Below are positions 48,004 through 58,200 of a DNA stretch of 64,000 nt, one piece after another. Position 1 is the first letter of the stretch, and the number at the start of each line of letters is the position of its first letter. The translations under genes and the position numbers were made by a program. The DNA lies in assembly GCA_026914245.1 (NCBI GenBank), contig CP110440.1:992001-1056000 (forward strand), read 5' to 3'. The notes below the pieces were generated by a model. That model worked only from the letters and a program-made list of their open reading frames with translations, made no database searches and had not been told where the DNA came from. The DNA is from Puccinia triticina (taxonomy: Eukaryota).

Positions 48004-49962
48004 TCCCCTCCCTCACTTTCTCACTTCCTCAAGATTCTAAATCCCTCCCAGATTCTTTCTTTTCCTTTCTTGGTCCTAAAACATGAGTCATGTGGGTTTT
48101 ATTTTGTTTCTTTTGTCTTGTTTTGTTTTCTTTTTTTAGATTCTTTATTATTTGATTGTGTGTTTCTTTTCTTCATTATTCTCATTGGTGTTGCTTTATC
48201 TTTGACTGTTGTGGTGTTTTCTTCTCTTTCTTCTTTTTTCTCTTTTCCTGTTTGATGTTTGTAGTTAGGGATGTGATGACATGTCCTGTGACATGTCACT
48301 CCCCAGAGTCCAAGTTCGAGTTCAAACTTGGAGGATGGGACGGCATGGGACTTGCTCGGATCCAAGAGAAATTCCATCACCCTTTTCTGATCCGCTGGCA
48401 GTATCCCCAGCACTATTCTTGATCCTTTATCTCTGATCCTGATCCCTTATCATCATCTGATCCTTAACAAACCAACCACCGCCGACGGTATTCCATCCCC
48501 GTCGTCTCTCAAAAATCCCCCCCCAACGCTATCACTTTCTGATCCTCATTGCTCTTCATCCGGACCACCACGAGGGCAGCCTCAACAGCACCTTTCCCCT
48601 CGACGCTCTGCCTACCGCCTGGCACGGTAGGAGTTCCACACCGTACATTCTTTTTGCTCGTATTTCTTTCTCCATTGATTCTTCATTCTTGTTCCGTGCT
48701 TGTAGGGCGGAGTCGTGATTGGGCGGTGTGTAATATGGTAAGTTAACATTGACGGTGTGTTCAGGAATACCTTGGTCAAAACCGTGCTTGAAGCCGTGCA
48801 GAACATCCGCGTATTGTGGGAGTAAGCCCCACTTTGATAGTGCTGCCGTCCACTCTGGGATGTTCATCTCACAGGTGACAGTCGACAGCCATTGCTGCTC
48901 AGGCTCCGCGGTTTTCAAGCGCGGCCTCTTAACACTCACATGGGGCATGGGGGTTTGGGTACTGGCAAGGCTGTGTGCATTGCGGTAGATAGCAAACCAG
49001 AAAGAAAAATTAAAAAAAACAAAACAAGTATTTTGTTGGTTACAAATCACGGCAGAGGCCTCATGGGTAATGGGGCATGAGGTAGATCAGGATGGCTAGG
49101 GGGGGAAGGGTAATCCAGCCCGGTGGTGGTGGACCCTTGGATGGGTTTGAAAGGGGGGGGGGGGGGCGGGTAGCCTACTAATTCCTTCCGCGTGTGTCCT
49201 TTCTTCCTCCCCTGTCACCGCTCCTGTCGCCGTTCCGGTCGTCATACGCCGCGTCGTAGCGATTCCCTTTGTAGCCTTGCGTGCGCGGGTATCGTCCTGA
49301 GCCTGAGCCTGAGCCTCTGTTGTCAGGCGGCGATGGGGGTCTTTGTTGGTTGGAATGACCTCTACCCGAGTGTTGGTTTTGGGTATTGCTGCCTTTGTTG
49401 TTTGGGAGTGTGTCCGCCTTTGTCGGGTCCACCCCGGTTACCGGGTCCCATTTTTGTTGAGGTCTCCCTTTGATGTAGGGGTTCTCAGTGAAGTCGGTCT
49501 CATCGAACTTCCGACTACGGGCGATGACCTTCTGAGCGATCACGTCGTTGAAAACAGAAATGTTGGGGATCGAGGTTGTGTAAAGGCTCAGTCAAGCCTT
49601 TCACTGAGTACTACTATTCTCAGTGTAGTCCGTATACGAGACCGATATGTCTCGGAGAGAACCTGAATTCTAGGACCAACAATTATATTGCAAATGCTAG
49701 CTCAGTAGAAAGAGTCAGTCGTGGTTCTCTCCTCTATGTACAATTGGGAATGGTGAAAGATAGAAATGAAAGGTGATGGAGCTTACCTAGCTCAGTAGAA
49801 AGAGTCAGTTGTGGTTCTCTACTGAGCTAGGAGGGGCAGGGAGTCGCGGACTAAGTGTGCGGCTCTGAGGTCGTCCTGTGATAGCGTTGTGACACCCGCG
49901 TGGAGCGCGGTGCTCACAGTCCTCCCTCCTATAATGTGCGAGAAGGTACAGGAGGGGTGGGG

Positions 49963-52900
49963 CTAGGGTGCCACAAAGCGGGGGGAGCGTTGAGGCAAAT
50001 CTTGCGGAGTCGAATGGACGGATGGCGGCTGTGGGGAGGGTTGGGGGGGTGGATCATCTTCAGGAAGAGGCGGGTCTGGTTCTTCAGCTGCCTCCCCAAT
50101 TGGAAGGACACGTGGTTTGAGCTTGGATACGTGAAAGGTTGGGTGACGTCGGTCGCTTTCTGGTAGGGCAAGTTCGACGCTCTGGCCATTGTTGAACACC
50201 TTCAGAACGCGGTAAGGACCCTCAAAGCGCTCTTTGAGTTTGTCCACGCCGCCCTGATGACGGCCGCGCCAATCGGCCGAGTCCAGGAACACCCAAGAAC
50301 CGGGGAGAATCTGAGGCCGGTCCCGGCGGCGTCGATTATGCTGAATTGCTTGTCTGACCCGGGCAGTCCATAGTCCGTCCTTAGCGTCCGCCCACGCTCC
50401 TTCTTGGGTCTTGAGCCACTTGTCGAGTGCGGGGGCGGAATCTATTGGCCCGTTGGAGGAGGGGAAGAGTCGGGGTCGGCGGCCGAAGAATAACTCGAAC
50501 GGGCTGTAGCCCGTGGACACATTGACCGCCGAGTTGATGGCAAATTCCACCGCAGGCAGTGATTCTAGCCATTTGCTTTGACGTTTAGCGGTGAACGTAC
50601 GAAGAATCTGGCCAACGGTCTTGTTGGTGTGTTCACTCCGCCCGTCTGCTTGTGGGTGGAAAGCCGAGGTCATGTGAAACTGTATATGTAGTTTGTCCAT
50701 GAGGGCTTTCCAGAACCGGGAAGTCCATGTCTTGTCACGGTCGCTGATGATTGTCCGTGGCGCTCCAAAAATAGCAACCCAGCCGCTGAAGAACCGAGTC
50801 GCCGTTTTCTCCGCCGTGTCTGTCTGCAGGACCGGAATTATGCGCGTGTATCCTGACAGCCGGCAGGTGCACGTCAGGATCATGTCAAAATGGGATGATT
50901 GGCGCAAGGGTCCTACGAAATCGATGGCTATTTCAGACAGCGGCGTCGATGGGAAGGCGAGAGTCTGCATCTTGCCGGTTGGCGCAGTGGTTGGCGCCTT
51001 AGTGCGTTGGCAGACGTCACAGCCCTTGACAAAGTTGAGCGTGTCTTTGGAAATTCCGGGCCAAAAGAAATCGCGCCGCAGCTCAACAACGGTCTTGAGG
51101 TACCCGAGGTGTCCGAGGCGCAGGTGGGCTTCTTTTATAAGGTTCATTCGCAAGGGAGTGTCGGCCGGGATGACGAGGCGGTGGTCAATGAAAAGCAGCC
51201 CATTGAGCTCGGTGTAGTCTTCGCGAAGGGGGAGGGCCTCCTTCAGTGCCTTGCAGAAACCGTTATGGAGCTCCGTCCGGTGCTAGGCCGGCGGCAGCGC
51301 TGGGAGGGGAAAAGATGCCTGGTGGCTGCCCTCACGGATTGGTCCAGATGAGTCGTAGAGAGTCGAAGTGATAGCTGTGGGAAAAGTGGTTTTGAGTGGT
51401 TTCGTCGAGGGTTTGATTCTCGACGGCGGTTTGTTTGAGGGATTCTGGGGATTCTTGATGAAGGTTCGATTCGTCGGAATGCCGGACTCGTGATGATCAA
51501 TAGACTCTTGATGGCGGATCAGAATGCCATGCCGCTCCCCTCCTCCAAGTTCTGCGAACTTGGACTCGGGGAGGCAACATGTCACATACATTTCATCATC
51601 TCCTTGCGCGCCGTGCGCGCGCACACATCACAACACACAGACAAAAGACAAGAACAAAAAAGAAAAACAGAAGCAAAACCAAAAGAAAACAACACAACAG
51701 ATCACACAGCCTAAGAGATGAGAAAGACGTGACACACACCAGAGAGAAGGAAGAAAAGAAATAGATAAAGCAAAACAGAAGACAAGGAATAAAACCCACA
51801 GCACAAACTGTGTTAGGACCAAGAAAAGTAGAAAAGGGAGAGGGAATAGAGGAATAAGGACAAAACAAGAGAAGAAAGGGTAGTCTTGAGAGTCTTGATC
51901 TTGAGATGAGCGCCGGTGAAATTCGGGACTGAAAGATGAGTTGACTACCGGGTTGACCACCACACCGTCCGATTCATAGCCAAGCCGAACGCGGTCTTGA
52001 ATTGCTGGGGAGAGAGAAGATCCGAGTTCTGTGAGTGCTGCTACGCAAGCGATATCGCCGGCGTCAATTTGTAACTCCTCGGTGTCCTTCCTTGACAGAG
52101 CATCCGCAACCGAATTTTCCTCTCCACGGATGTACTCGAAGCGAAGATCGAAGTCGGCTAGAAGCTCTGTCCAGCGTGCTTGTCGGCGGCTAAGGTTTTG
52201 TTGTTTCAAGAAATGGATGAGCGAGTGGTGGTCCGTCAACACATTGACTTTCATCCCGAGGAGCAGCATTTTCCATTTCTGGAGGGCGTGCACCACGGCC
52301 AAGAGCTCCTGTTCATGCACCGGGTAGTTGCGTTCCGCAGCTGTCATCTGATGGGACTCGTACGCAATTGGTGATGCGCCCTTCCACTCCTTGCCTTGGA
52401 AGAGCGCGGCGCCAAGGCCAGTCCCGCTGGCGTCAGTGAACAGCCATAACGGATCGTTGGACTTGTAATCCACGTTTTTCAAGCACGGGAGCGAGGTCAT
52501 GATCCGTTTGATGTTGTTGAAGGCCTCGTCTTCTGCTTTTCCCCAGTTGAACTCTTTGGGATCGCGTTTACTGCTGGTAAGGGGGGTCAGCGTGCCTACA
52601 TATTGTTGTAGCCCCCAGATGAACTTTTTCATCCATTGTACTGTTCCAAGGAATTTCTTGACCCCTTTTGAGGACCGTGGTGTTGGCCAGTCCTGCACAG
52701 CTGTGATTTTACTGTCATCCGGTTGAATGCCGTCAGCCGAAATCCAATGTCCCAAGAACTTAATCTTGTGTTGAAAAAGTTTGGTCTTTTTGGGACTGCA
52801 ATATAACTTTGCAGCTTGGATCCAATCCAAGACCCGGCGGACGTGCTGTTCGTGCTCGTCGAAAGAGTTCGAGAATATGACGATGTTGTCCAAGTAGACG

Positions 52901-54006
52901 ACGCAGATGTCACCAATGAGTTCCCCAAGCGCCTCCTCAAGCCGGGCCTGGTGTGTAGCCGGTGCATTGGTGAGACCCATTGGCATGACGCGCCACTCGT
53001 ACAGTCCCCACGGAGTCTTCACCGCAGTCAACGGTATGTCAGCCTCGCGCATCCGAGTCTGGAAGAAAGCGTTGGTTTGATCGAGGATCGAAAACGCCTT
53101 ACCAGTTGCTACCAGGCGGACCAGTTCATCTACGTTTGGGAGGGGCGACCGGTCTTTGACTGTCAGGTTATTAAGTTTCCTGTAGTCACAGACCCAACGG
53201 GGAAGAGCTTCCGGGTCCTTCTTTGGGATGATAAGACTGGGAGACGCGTATTGACTAGTAGATCTGCGAAGGCGTCCTGCTGCAACGTGTTGGTCGAGAA
53301 GTTTCCGCCAGGCAGCGAGGTACTTTTGAGGGTATGAGTACTGCTTTTCGTTTATGGAGGCGTTTGGGTCGGTGAGGATAATTCGATGGCGGACTCTAGA
53401 GCTTTCGTCCTGCATGATATCAGGGAAGGGTCCGTCGGGGAAGAAGGTGTGCGTCTCGCTGTCTTCGGGGACTGCAGGGATATTGGTGGGGAATAGATCT
53501 TGGAATTCATTCAACATCATCTGTTCCGCACGTTCCCGCGATTCACTCGAGTCTGATATCCCAGCTACGTGGGTCGTTCTCATGTCTAGTGCTCGGTAGT
53601 CGTGGATTGTGATCGCTGGCGAGCGACAAGAGATGCATCGGTCAGGGAAGGAGAACGATACTTGGGCCTGTTGGAGAAAAGGAGTCCCAAGGATCGCGTC
53701 GAGGCCACCGTTGATTGGTCCAAGGTGGAAAGGAGTGTCGTGAATCTTGGCTCCTGAGGTGGGGTCAACAATTGTCGCATGTGTGTAAAATTGTAGCAAC
53801 AGAGGTGTGGGCCCCTTGTTGTCCATTGCAAGACCGATTTTTATAGGTCTCATCAGTTGAAGTCGCTCGAGGCCCGCGGATACGACCGTTTGAGGCGAGA
53901 TGAGGTTTAATTCGGATCCTGTGTCCAACATAGCCTTGATCAGGGAGTTGCCCAGTCGAAGTTGAAAGATCAAGCGATCCGGACGCGAGGAAATTGAGGG
54001 TTTCAT
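49963..54006 (-). pseudogene. pol: Element E pol (PR-RT-RH-IN) split by D
   Basis: MLDTGS protease; RWVCDYRKLN, MPMGLTNAP, YLDN (mutated YLDD); FTDASG RNase H; IDFVGPL...SDRD integrase; GPY/F motif. Removing D restores GYESDG|FCKALK. Confidence 0.9.
51264..51964 (-). mobile_element. Solo LTR D (701 bp) of the tRNA-Tyr family
   Basis: Ends TGTGGTGG...CTCCATA; TSD CCGT (51260-51263, 51965-51968); U5 region homologous to the LTR of A. Confidence 0.93.
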
Positions 54007-56012
54007 GGTGGAAACCAGAGGAGAAATGAGTTCGGAAGAAGAGTTCGTTGGGAGTTCTGCGTAGCACGTTGTTGGTACGAGAAAAAAAAAGTGTAAAGGC
54101 TCAGTCAAGCCTTTCACTGAGTACTACTATTCTCAGTGTAGTCCGTATACGAGACCGATATGTCTCGGAGAGAACCTGAATTCTAGGACCAACAATTATA
54201 TTGCAAATGCTAGCTCAGTAGAAAGAGTCAGTCGTGGTTCTCTCCTCTATGTACAATTGGGAATGGTGAAAGATAGAAATGAAAGGTGATGGAGCTTACC
54301 TAGCTCAGTAGAAAGAGTCAGTTGTGGTTCTCTACTGAGCTAGGAGGGGCAGGGAGTCGCGGACTAAGTGTGCGGCTCTGAGGTCGTCCTGTGATAGCGT
54401 TGTGACACCCGCGTGGAGCGCGGTGCTCACAGGTTGCCCCGCCTGGCATGGGGACCCGGTGGGCGAATGCGTTCATCCTCACGTTTATGTTGTACCTGAG
54501 ACCCGTCATGAATCCATGTAAGGTGACGAGGTTATTGCAGTGGTGCTTGTGCGCAAGTAGCCATCCAGCGAACTTAGGGTAATTCGCAATTTGGATGAGG
54601 GCCGAGTGGAATCCTTGGTGGTTGATAGACCACTCGGCATAGGTTTGCGTGTACTCGCAGGGGTAGGGGTATCCGGTATAGCGGTCTTTATCAACGTTGG
54701 TTACGTCCGCCTTGCTCCTCTTCTATGCGTAGTGTATTATTGCTTTGTCCTGCCAGACCTCATTGAATATGGTCAGGGGGAGGGGGCAGCGGAGTTCGAG
54801 GAGATTCTTCTTGAAGAATGGTGTGAATCCAACGTTGTGGCTTGTTGGTCTTGCATCATCGTCAAATACTACCCCGCCAGGCATGTTGTCGGTCTTGTCA
54901 CTCAGTTGCATCGTCTCAAGTGGTTCGGGGAAGGCAGCAAGGGGTGTGACAATTCTTGTGGCGCCAAGTAGCTTCGGTCCAGCTATCAGCCCCTTTGTAG
55001 GGTCACTTGTCTTGGTGGCGGCAAGTCCTTGGCAGATTGTGAAGTAACGCTCCGCTAATGCACTATTGCCTGCGTCCTCTGCGGCGAATGCCTGGTCCGT
55101 GAGCTTGTCGATCTTCAGACGGATGCTCTCTTCATTGCCAGAGCGCTCAGTGGTAGTGAGGGGCTCGGCAGACTCGGCGTCAACTGGATTGGCGGCTGTG
55201 TTGGGTGAACAACAGCGCAGTCATCTCAGTCTCCCATTCCTTTGGGTTGGTACTGGTTGCGGTCCTTCGCTTACCCGTGCCTTCCTTGGGTTGGTCGCCT
55301 ATGAGGACCTGGTAGCGGTTCGCTATTGCGTTGCCACTACCGAGTCCATCGTCCTCGTTGATGGTTGGTGTTTCACCTATTGGGTTCGGAACTGGCGTCC
55401 TCGCTTTGCCAAGGGGTCTTAGAGGTTGATCGGGTCTCTTGGTCGGTCGGAGGGACCTTCTTGCTCTTCTTTGTCTTGGGGGCTTCAGCCGTGGGATCAT
55501 CTGTTGGGGCTTGGTCAGGGGGAGGTTGCTGTTGGGGTTGTTCTTCAGGTCCTGTGCTCGCGGGGTTGCTCTATTGGGCCAGTCTTTTTACGTGTTCTGA
55601 TATTACCTTGATTCGGTCGGCCATCTTGTTTGGGTTGAAGTTATAAGCAAAAAAGGTTTCTTGTTGTGGCGAAAAATTTCCTGTTGTTGGGTGTTTTGCG
55701 CCGTGAGTTTGTTGGTGTGCCGTTCCTGTTGTTGGGTGTTTTGCGCCATGAGTTTGTCGGTGTGCCGGGTGTACCTTTGCCTGACGAACTCTGTGGATTT
55801 CTCCCTGTCTGGCCGGGACTGAACTCTAGCGCTAGCCGCCTTGTGGGCGGGGGGGGGGGGGGGCCGCAGCCGCATCCCTATATGTGTCCTTTGCCACGCC
55901 TGCCCCCCCACTCTGCGCTTCCGCGGGGCGCTCTGGCTGGGCAGGGTGGAGAGTCATTGGGCGCGCCGCTCATGGACATTGCCCCCATCCGCTACGCTCC
56001 TGTAAGCACCCA

Positions 56013-58200
56013 ACCACCAAATGTAGCAGCTACAGTCTGATGAGCTCCCACATATCACTACTTTGGTAGTTTCTTGGTGTTTCTGCCACTATATCTCATC
56101 CCAGCGTGGGAATCCTTCTGACATATGGTTACCAAAATGTTGAAAGGCCCCCAAGGATTCATTGTGGACCTTAAGTCACCACAAAACCCCCAAATGTAGC
56201 AGCTACAGTCTGATCAGTTCCCAAATATCACTACTTTGGTAGTTTCTTGGTGTTTCTGCCACTATATCTCATCCCAGCGTGGGAATCCTTCTGCCATATG
56301 GTTACCAAAATGCTTACAGGCCCTCAGGGATTCATTATGGACCTTAAGTCACCCCAAAACCCCCAAATGTAGCAGCTACAGTTTGATCAGTTCCCAAATA
56401 TCACTACTTTGGTAGTTTCTTGGTGTTTCTGCCACTATATCTCATCCCAGCGTGGGAATCCTTCTGCCATATGATTACCAAAATTTTTACAGGCCCCCAA
56501 AGATTCTTTAGGTACCTTTAGTCACCACAAAACCACCAACTGTAGCAGCTACAGTCTGATGAGTTCCCAAATATCACTACTTTGGTAGTTTCTTGGTGTT
56601 TCTGCCACTATATCTCATCCCAACGTGGGAATCCTTCTGACATATGGTTACCAAAATGTTGACAGGCCCCCAAGGATTCATTATGGAGCTTAAGTCAACA
56701 CAAGTCCCCCAAATTTAGCGGCTACAGTCTGATCAGTTCCCAAATATCACTACTTTGGTAGTTTCTTGGTGTTTCTGCCACTATATCTCATCCCAGCTTG
56801 GGAATCCTTCTGCCATATGGTTACCATAATGTTAAACGGCCCCCAAGGATTTAGTATGGACCTTAAGTCACCACAAGACCCCCAAATGTAGCAGCTACAG
56901 TCTGATCAGTTCCCGAATATCCTCACTTTGGTAGTTTCTTGGTGTTTCTGCCACTATATCTCATCCCAGCGTGAGAATCCTCTTGCCATATGGTTACCAA
57001 AATGTTTACAGGCCCCCAAAGATTCATTATGTACCTTTACTGACCACAAAACCCTCAAATGTAGCAGCTACAGTCTGATGAGTTCCCAAATATCACTACT
57101 TTGGTAGTTTCTTGGTGTTCTGCCACTATATCTCATCCCAGCGTGGGAATCCTTCTGCCATATGGTTACCAAAATGTTTACAGGCCCCCAAGGATTCATT
57201 ATGGACCTTAAGTCACCACAAGATCCCCAAATGTAGCAGCTACAGTCTGATCAGTTCCCAAATATCACTACTTTGGTAGTTTCTTGGTGTTTCTGCCACT
57301 ATATCTCATCCCAGCTTGGGAATCCTTCTGCCATATGGTTACCAAAATGCTTACAGGCCCTCAGGGATTCATTATGGACCTTAATTCACCACAAAACCCC
57401 CAAATGTAGCAGCTACAGTCTGATCAGTTCCCAAATATCCTCACTTTGGTAGTTTCTTGGTGTTTCTGCCACTATATCTCATCCCAGCGTGGGAATCCTT
57501 CTGCCATATGGTCACCAAAATGTTTACAGTCCCCCAAAGATTCATTATGTACCTTTACTGACCACAAAACCCCCAAATGTAGCACCTACAGTCTGATGAG
57601 TTCCCAAATATCACTACTTTGGTAGTTTCTTGGTGTTTCTGCCACTATATCTCATCCCAGCGTGGGAATCCTTCTGACATATGGTTACCAAAATGTTTAC
57701 AGGCCCCCAAAGATTCATTATGTAACTTTACTGACCACAAAACCCTCAAATGTAGCAGCTACAGTCTGATCTGTTCCCAAATATCACTACTTTGGTAGTT
57801 TCTTGGTGTTTCTGCCACTATATCTCATCCCAGCATGGGAATCCTTCTGCCATATGGTTACCAAAATGTTTACGGGCCCCCAAGGATTCATTATGGACCT
57901 TAAGTCACCACAGGACCCCCAAATGTAGCAGCTACAGTTTGATCAGTTCCCAAATATCACTACTTTGGTAGTTTCTTGGTGTTTCTGCCACTATATCTCA
58001 TCCCAGCGTGGGAATCCTTCTGCCATATGATTACCAAAATGTTTACAGGCCCCCAAAGATTCTTTAGGTACCTTTAGTCACCACAAAACCACCAACTGTA
58101 GCAGCTACAGTCTGATGAGTTCCCAAATATCACTACTTTGGTAGTTTCTTGGTGTTTCTGCCACTATATTTCATCCCAGCGTGGGAATCCTTCTGAAATA
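56013..58200 (+). repeat. 173-bp satellite, block 2 (~12.5 monomers)
   Basis: Same monomer, resuming in phase after the DIRS-like insertion. Confidence 0.97.

Larger units (their letters stand above)
43398..48640 (+). mobile_element. Non-autonomous Gag-only LTR element C of the tRNA-Tyr family
   Basis: LTRs 43398-44144 and 47878-48640, differing by a 16-bp indel; TG...CA; TSD CCGT; PBS 44147-44197; PPT GGTGGGTGGA. Confidence 0.95.
41998..48950 (-). pseudogene. DIRS/Ngaro-type RT-RNase H split by element C (~48950-48641 plus 43397-41998)
   Basis: KRMYG|PFTHEEV...SPLGAVING..SLRLINDLSFP, FDWEKAYRQIP, PFG, WVDD; RNase H GDASTSFGIG...LETIAV...WTDN...NRADALSRG; in-frame stops near 43213 and 42838. 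Confidence 0.82.
49579..54431 (-). mobile_element. Ty3/Gypsy LTR element E (pol-only, interrupted by solo LTR D)
   Basis: 340-bp LTRs 54092-54431 and 49579-49918, identical by eye; TG...CA; 5-bp TSD GGTTG; PPT AGGAGGGAGG. Confidence 0.95.
49178..55624 (-). pseudogene. ORF1 (gag-like) of the DIRS/Ngaro-type element, split by E
   Basis: Fragmented frame upstream of RT. Removing E restores NAFAHRVPMPGGAT|SIPNISVFNDVIAQKV; RG-rich C-terminus. Confidence 0.6.
41560..56012 (-). mobile_element. DIRS/Ngaro-type retroelement (ORF1-RT-RNase H; no tyrosine recombinase found), hosting C, D and E
   Basis: Inserted in the satellite A-run (CACCAGAAA|...|ACCACCAAATG) with no real TSD; RT and RNase H motifs are of the DIRS/Ngaro type. 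Confidence 0.75.

Noticed and set aside
49963..50110. Chromodomain on the integrase of E
   Set aside because: The sequence after the GPY/F motif is proline-rich and lacks chromodomain aromatic residues.
51340..51372. Hammerhead ribozyme in the LTR (CAGATGAG...CGAA)
   Set aside because: The core is not CUGAUGA...GAAA, it is antisense to the element, and it is not conserved in A, B or C.
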